DNA of 64,000 nucleotides from Hamiltosporidium tvaerminnensis FI-OER-3-3 (Eukaryota; Fungi; Microsporidia): NCBI GenBank assembly GCA_022605425.2, contig JAKIMF020000011.1, positions 937,065 to 1,001,064 of the forward strand, read 5' to 3'. Shown piece by piece: positions 59,225 to 64,000 of this stretch (position 1 is its first letter; each line of letters starts with the position of its first letter). The notes under the pieces were generated by a model. It saw only the letters and a program-made list of their open reading frames with translations, ran no database searches and was not told where the DNA came from. The position numbers and the translations under genes were made by a program.

Positions 59225-60200
59225 ATATGAAGGAACTGCAAAAACCCTAGAAAAAATAAGATAAGGCAATAAAATAAACCAAAAAAAATTAATATTTTAT
59301 AATTCATTTCTCAAATGAATTTACTTTGTTTGTCTTATATTCAAGATAAAAATTTTTAAAAGAGCAGAAGGTGGGTTTCAACAGAGCAAACGCCTAGGAA
59401 AATAGTAGACCATATAGCAATAGAGGTATAAAAAACCCGGTCATGCTATACTAGACTACACAGAAGGTATATGACGCATACGTTTACTCTTACCAAACAG
59501 ATAAAAATTTAAAAGTTCAAAACGAATTAGAAGTCTCACGGTTCAAAAAAATATTGAAAATGAGTATGAAAGATAAAAGTAGACACCCGAATAAAAACCG
59601 ATGTCGAAATTCAGAATAATAAGCCAGATATATTTATTTGGAAGAAGTGTCAGATAAGAAAACCTTTTTCAAATAGGAATTATTTACATAAATTCGTTTA
59701 ATTAGATTAAAAAAAGAAGCCTAGGGCGTTTGATTCAAAGTCGATGAATTGGTGTTATTTATAATTGTTTTTTTGGAGAATGTTCGCCAATTTTTGACCC
59801 GAGAGGGTATGGTACCGAAATACCATAAGACGCATCTTAAAAGACGACAAATACCCATGCATAATAAGACATACATCCTTTCGATAGTACTAAATTTGAC
59901 AATTGGAAGGCATTCTTTTAATCGCAAAGGGTATTTATGTTATAAACAAATGCGAAAAGAACTGAGATAGAACGCCAAATGTATGAGTTAAAGAGCCAAG
60001 GTGCATAAACAACCAACACCCCATTTATAGGAAGTAAATAAACAGGATTATGGTGTTAAACAAGTAAATAAAAATATATTATCTCTTATTTTAGAAGAAG
60101 TAACCACAGCATAAAACCGACAATTAATGTAAATGAAGAGTCTGATTTGAAGGAATCCGGTGAAGCAATAATTTAAAAGAAAGAAAATTTATAAACTCTG
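59225..60200 (+). mobile_element. Highly degenerate 3' third of the RLE retrotransposon
   Basis: GTAGACCATATAGCAA, GACACCCGAATAAAAACCGATGTCGAAATTCAGAATAATAAGCCAGATATATTTATT, AAATACCATAAG and AAATGAAGAGTCTGATTTG are collinear with ~3450-4500. Confidence 0.8.
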
Positions 60201-61436
60201 CTCAAATAAATTAATTACTACAAAGAGGACTTTAAAATATAATTTCAAACCTAAAGAGTTTGTTCAAAGGTGTAGATAAACCATAAAACAATATTGAATT
60301 AAATTTCTACGCAATAACACAACGGAGAATATAGAGAAATTTTTCACCTCATCATACGTTGAGATCTAATTGAAACCAATTACTACCAAGAAAAAAATAC
60401 AAATTATAGTTATTAAATCCAAGTATTATTTTGTAAAGAACATAGGTTTCTTAAATGTAAATACTTCTATCAAGATATCCCTATTCCTACTGTTTAATAA
60501 TACAAGTTTTACATGATTTATACCCTATATTAATTTTTTTAAGGGTGTTTTGTACTTTTTAGCAAATAATATAATATCGCGGTTAACCTAACTAACATAT
60601 ATCCTATCTAAAATTTTGTTTAAACTCACAAGAAATTTATATAATAAAAAATAAAATATATAAAAAACAAGATTGGAAAGTAAAACAAAGTAAAGGAATG
60701 ATAAATTATATTATAAAAAGCCTTTTAAATCTGTATTATCAACGTTGATTTTTTATATTAATATAAAAAATCAAAAATATTTGGTAAACTATATATAAGA
60801 GCTAATATTTAATAAGTATAAAAATCATATGTAGGATCACGGTTGTAATTATTAAAGATATAATTTACAAATCTACAAAAAATTTTTAAATAAAAAAACT
60901 ATCAAAAAAAGAATACTAAATATTTCTATTTATTCAGAATATTATAAATATAAATTGATGACTTTTAAATTATGTTTATTTCTTGAAATAATACTATTTA
61001 ATAAGAACATTGATTGACAAACAAAGACATTTCATATTGAGTTAAAATTCTAAAGAAGGAACTAAGTATTAACATAAATTTTAATATTTATTCAATATAA
61101 ATATTTTAATAAACTTTGAATATTTTATTAATAAAAGATTGCAGATATGTTTGAGTGCAATCAGCAATGCCGAACACTCACTATTGGAAAGTGTAAAATC
61201 ACAGGCATACTGATATCGAAAAGCAAAAATAATTTAATATTTAAAACAATTTCAGAAATAGATTTTTTGAGGTAAAAATAACACTTAAGTAAACAATTTA
61301 TTAATTCCTTATACATTGTAAGTTATGTAAATATATTTTTTGCCTAATAAATTTACAATTTATTACAGAGAATTTCGAAGTTTTTTTTAAAAATCGCAAT
61401 AATGCAAGAAATGAAAAAAATTCAAATAAAATATCT

Positions 61437-63152
61437 TTATTTTACCTTTTTTTTGTAAATATACCAATATGCGCCCAAAAGAACACCCCCAAAAAGAACA
61501 ATTGGGATTAAAACAAACAGCAAAAAATCTTTAATACCGAATTCTTTCGCGTCATTTCTGCTATTGGAATTGGGAGTTTGGATAGCCGGCACTGTAAAAA
61601 TCTTTTTTCTCTCTTCGGGGCTAAGCCTTGAAAATTCTTGTTCAAAACAATCTAAAAAGATATTTTCTTCATTATCTAAAAGTTTCACATCGGCATTATT
61701 TTTGTTCTTCGTTAAATGTTCTTTCAATTCTTTGTTATAATTGTCTTTCCAAATGGAATTAGTAAATAACTCTACAGAAATAAAAGTTTTCAATATACTG
61801 GATGTTCGAGGCAACAAAAAATGATTAAAAGTATTTAAGACCAAGTTTTTATCGTATTCTATGCACTTTTCATCAAGATACTTTTTAATAAATCCTATAA
61901 ATTGGGCTCTATGTGTATTTATAGCAGAAGTATTTTTATTTCCATTTTCAAATTCTATCTTCAAAACATCTGCAAGAAATAAAATTTCAACAATGCTTCG
62001 GAGCATTGTTTGTTTGCATGTAACTATTTCTTTAAAACAAAATGCCTTCAAACAAAGTACTGCTGATATATATTCATGGTATTCTGTTTTAGAAATGGTT
62101 TTCAAAAAAACGTATAAAGCATTTATATAGTTGATCTCGTCTCTTTCTACAATATATTTAATTACTTCTAAAGATCTGTTCGAATCATCCGGTTCAATAT
62201 TAAATAGATCTTTCTTGCCACTGAATTCGTATATTTTTTCAAACCCTTCCTCCTTCACTTTCAAAATTTTTCTGAAAATCGGCTCAGAAATATATTCCGT
62301 GATTTTTTTATAAGATTCAAAATCTATATTCTTAAAACATTTATCTATATACGAGGTAGCTGGTTCAAAAATTTTGTAAAAGTCAGATTCAGTGGTTATC
62401 TCTTTTTTGATTAAAGATCCCAGTCTGACGATTCCATTTTTTTTGCCCGAAAGAAACATACACTTTAGACTTAAGAAAAAAACGAAATGATATTCATGCG
62501 TTGCATAAATTAGATTTATGCCAAATATCAAAGCATATGTAACGTAGAAATTTCTTTCCAAAACAATATTCTCTAGCGCAGCTATATCTATTTTATTATC
62601 TCGGTTTGAGCTATTTTCGATATTCGTACATATTTCAGGGTATTTTTCTTTTAATGAATCATAATTCTGTTTCCACCACTCATCGTAATTATCATTCTTT
62701 CCTTGTAATCTATATGTTGTGAGTTTTAAAAGAATATCTTCAATATTCGATATCATGTCTTTATCTTCTTTGCAAAAATCAAAAAATTTCTTAAAACGAA
62801 TCAGATTAAACAAAAATTCTGGTCTATATCTTTTTATATCAACTCGAGTATTACGATATAGCAAGTAACAAATCCAAGTTGTAAAATAAGCTAAGAATGT
62901 ATCTGATTGATTGTTTGTATATTCTTGTATTTTTTTATAATAAAAGCTTGTTATTTTAACCATTTTTTCTTTCCTTTTGCCTTCAATATCGAGTTCTAAC
63001 TTATCAAAACATTTTTTCACTTGATCATCGGCTTTGAATTCATGCGATATTTCAAAATAATTGTAATCTAAAGATAAAGAATCATCTAAATTAAGTTTAT
63101 ATTCAAATTCAGATGCATTTATTATTTTACAAATAAAAATAAAAAAATTCAT
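61437..63152 (-). CDS. Subtelomeric type I membrane / surface protein (571 aa)
   Basis: Signal-like MNFFIFICKIINAS, a single C-terminal TM helix (FLLFVLIPIVLFGGVLLGAYWYIY) and KKKVK stop-transfer. CCCC directly before ATG. Confidence 0.85.
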   Translation of the reverse strand: MNFFIFICKIINASEFEYKLNLDDSLSLDYNYFEISHEFKADDQVKKCFDKLELDIEGKRKEKMVKITSFYYKKIQEYTNNQSDTFLAYFTTWICYLLYRNTRVDIKRYRPEFLFNLIRFKKFFDFCKEDKDMISNIEDILLKLTTYRLQGKNDNYDEWWKQNYDSLKEKYPEICTNIENSSNRDNKIDIAALENIVLERNFYVTYALIFGINLIYATHEYHFVFFLSLKCMFLSGKKNGIVRLGSLIKKEITTESDFYKIFEPATSYIDKCFKNIDFESYKKITEYISEPIFRKILKVKEEGFEKIYEFSGKKDLFNIEPDDSNRSLEVIKYIVERDEINYINALYVFLKTISKTEYHEYISAVLCLKAFCFKEIVTCKQTMLRSIVEILFLADVLKIEFENGNKNTSAINTHRAQFIGFIKKYLDEKCIEYDKNLVLNTFNHFLLPRTSSILKTFISVELFTNSIWKDNYNKELKEHLTKNKNNADVKLLDNEENIFLDCFEQEFSRLSPEERKKIFTVPAIQTPNSNSRNDAKEFGIKDFLLFVLIPIVLFGGVLLGAYWYIYKKKVK

Positions 63153-63531
63153 GGGGATATAATATTTTCAACTTATATATTTGATAATTTGTCTAAAAAT
63201 AGAAAACTTTTTTCAAATAATTAACTAAAAATAGAATAACATTTTTTTTTTCAAAAAATTTTCGTCTTTTTATTGGTCTTTTATAAAATTTTATCAAATA
63301 AAGTTTTTTTGGTAAATTCGCAATCTGATTTATCATCTCATTTGATCAATAAAAATATTATAACAAATTATCATAGTTTTATTTGTTCAAACAAACAATA
63401 TTAAACATACAAATATCTTTTCATCGTAAAATTTTTAGAAATTATTAAATCAGAAAAATATAAAATAGAAAGTTTTTTTTGGTAGTTTTATAAACGAAGG
63501 ATAGATTTTTCCTGGTTTAGTTAAAACTTTC

Positions 63532-64000
63532 GGGTTAGGGTTAGGGTTAGGGTTAGGGTTAGGGTTAGGGTTAGGGTTAGGGTTAGGGTTAGGGTTAGGG
63601 TTAGGGTTAGGGTTAGGGTTAGGGTTAGGGTTAGGGTTAGGGTTAGGGTTAGGGTTAGGGTTAGGGTTAGGGTTAGGGTTAGGGTTAGGGTTAGGGTTAG
63701 GGTTAGGGTTAGGGTTAGGGTTAGGGTTAGGGTTAGGGTTAGGGTTAGGGTTAGGGTTAGGGTTAGGGTTAGGGTTAGGGTTAGGGTTAGGGTTAGGGTT
63801 AGGGTTAGGGTTAGGGTTAGGGTTAGGGTTAGGGTTAGGGTTAGGGTTAGGGTTAGGGTTAGGGTTAGGGTTAGGGTTAGGGTTAGGGTTAGGGTTAGGG
63901 TTAGGGTTAGGGTTAGGGTTAGGGTTAGGGTTAGGGTTAGGGTTAGGGTTAGGGTTAGGGTTAGGGTTAGGGTTAGGGTTAGGGTTAGGGTTAGGTTAGG
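63532..64000 (+). repeat. Telomeric (TTAGGG)n array
   Basis: About 78 perfect hexamers, with the G-rich strand running 5'->3' to the window end as expected for a chromosome terminus. Confidence 0.98.

Noticed and set aside
63991-64000. TTAGG variant units at the extreme end
   Set aside because: Last bases of the sequence; most likely a terminal consensus error or truncation.

Overview
Very AT-rich, gene-sparse eukaryotic chromosome end that runs into a (TTAGGG)n telomere at 63532-64000. Intronless compact genes, CCC motifs just upstream of ATGs, LRR and secreted-protein families and RLE-type LINEs point to a large-genome microsporidian (Hamiltosporidium-like; inferred, not proven). Recognisable genes are HIRA/Hir1, a CenH3-like histone H3 variant, a minimal tRNA-splicing endonuclease catalytic subunit, an atypical Ser/Thr kinase with a signal-like N-terminus, several secreted or membrane proteins and broken LRR genes. 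Mobile DNA includes a 5'-truncated R4/Dong-like non-LTR retrotransposon with a 14-bp TSD plus several fragments. There is also a ~730-bp non-coding, structured, SINE-like family (about 7 copies, one with a perfect 13-bp TSD) and a second family sharing its ~100-nt head. The most novel observation is a family of three 56-66 aa secreted peptide genes spaced ~4.9 kb apart. They share a conserved promoter (TATCnGATA palindrome; TATAAATACG exactly 27 nt before ATG), a 20-aa signal followed by Gln, and a gapless motif SN[FL]x3Px2Gx4YAx3GLx4Px3R with hypervariable spacers. A highly base-paired candidate ncRNA lies at ~58.95-59.2 kb.
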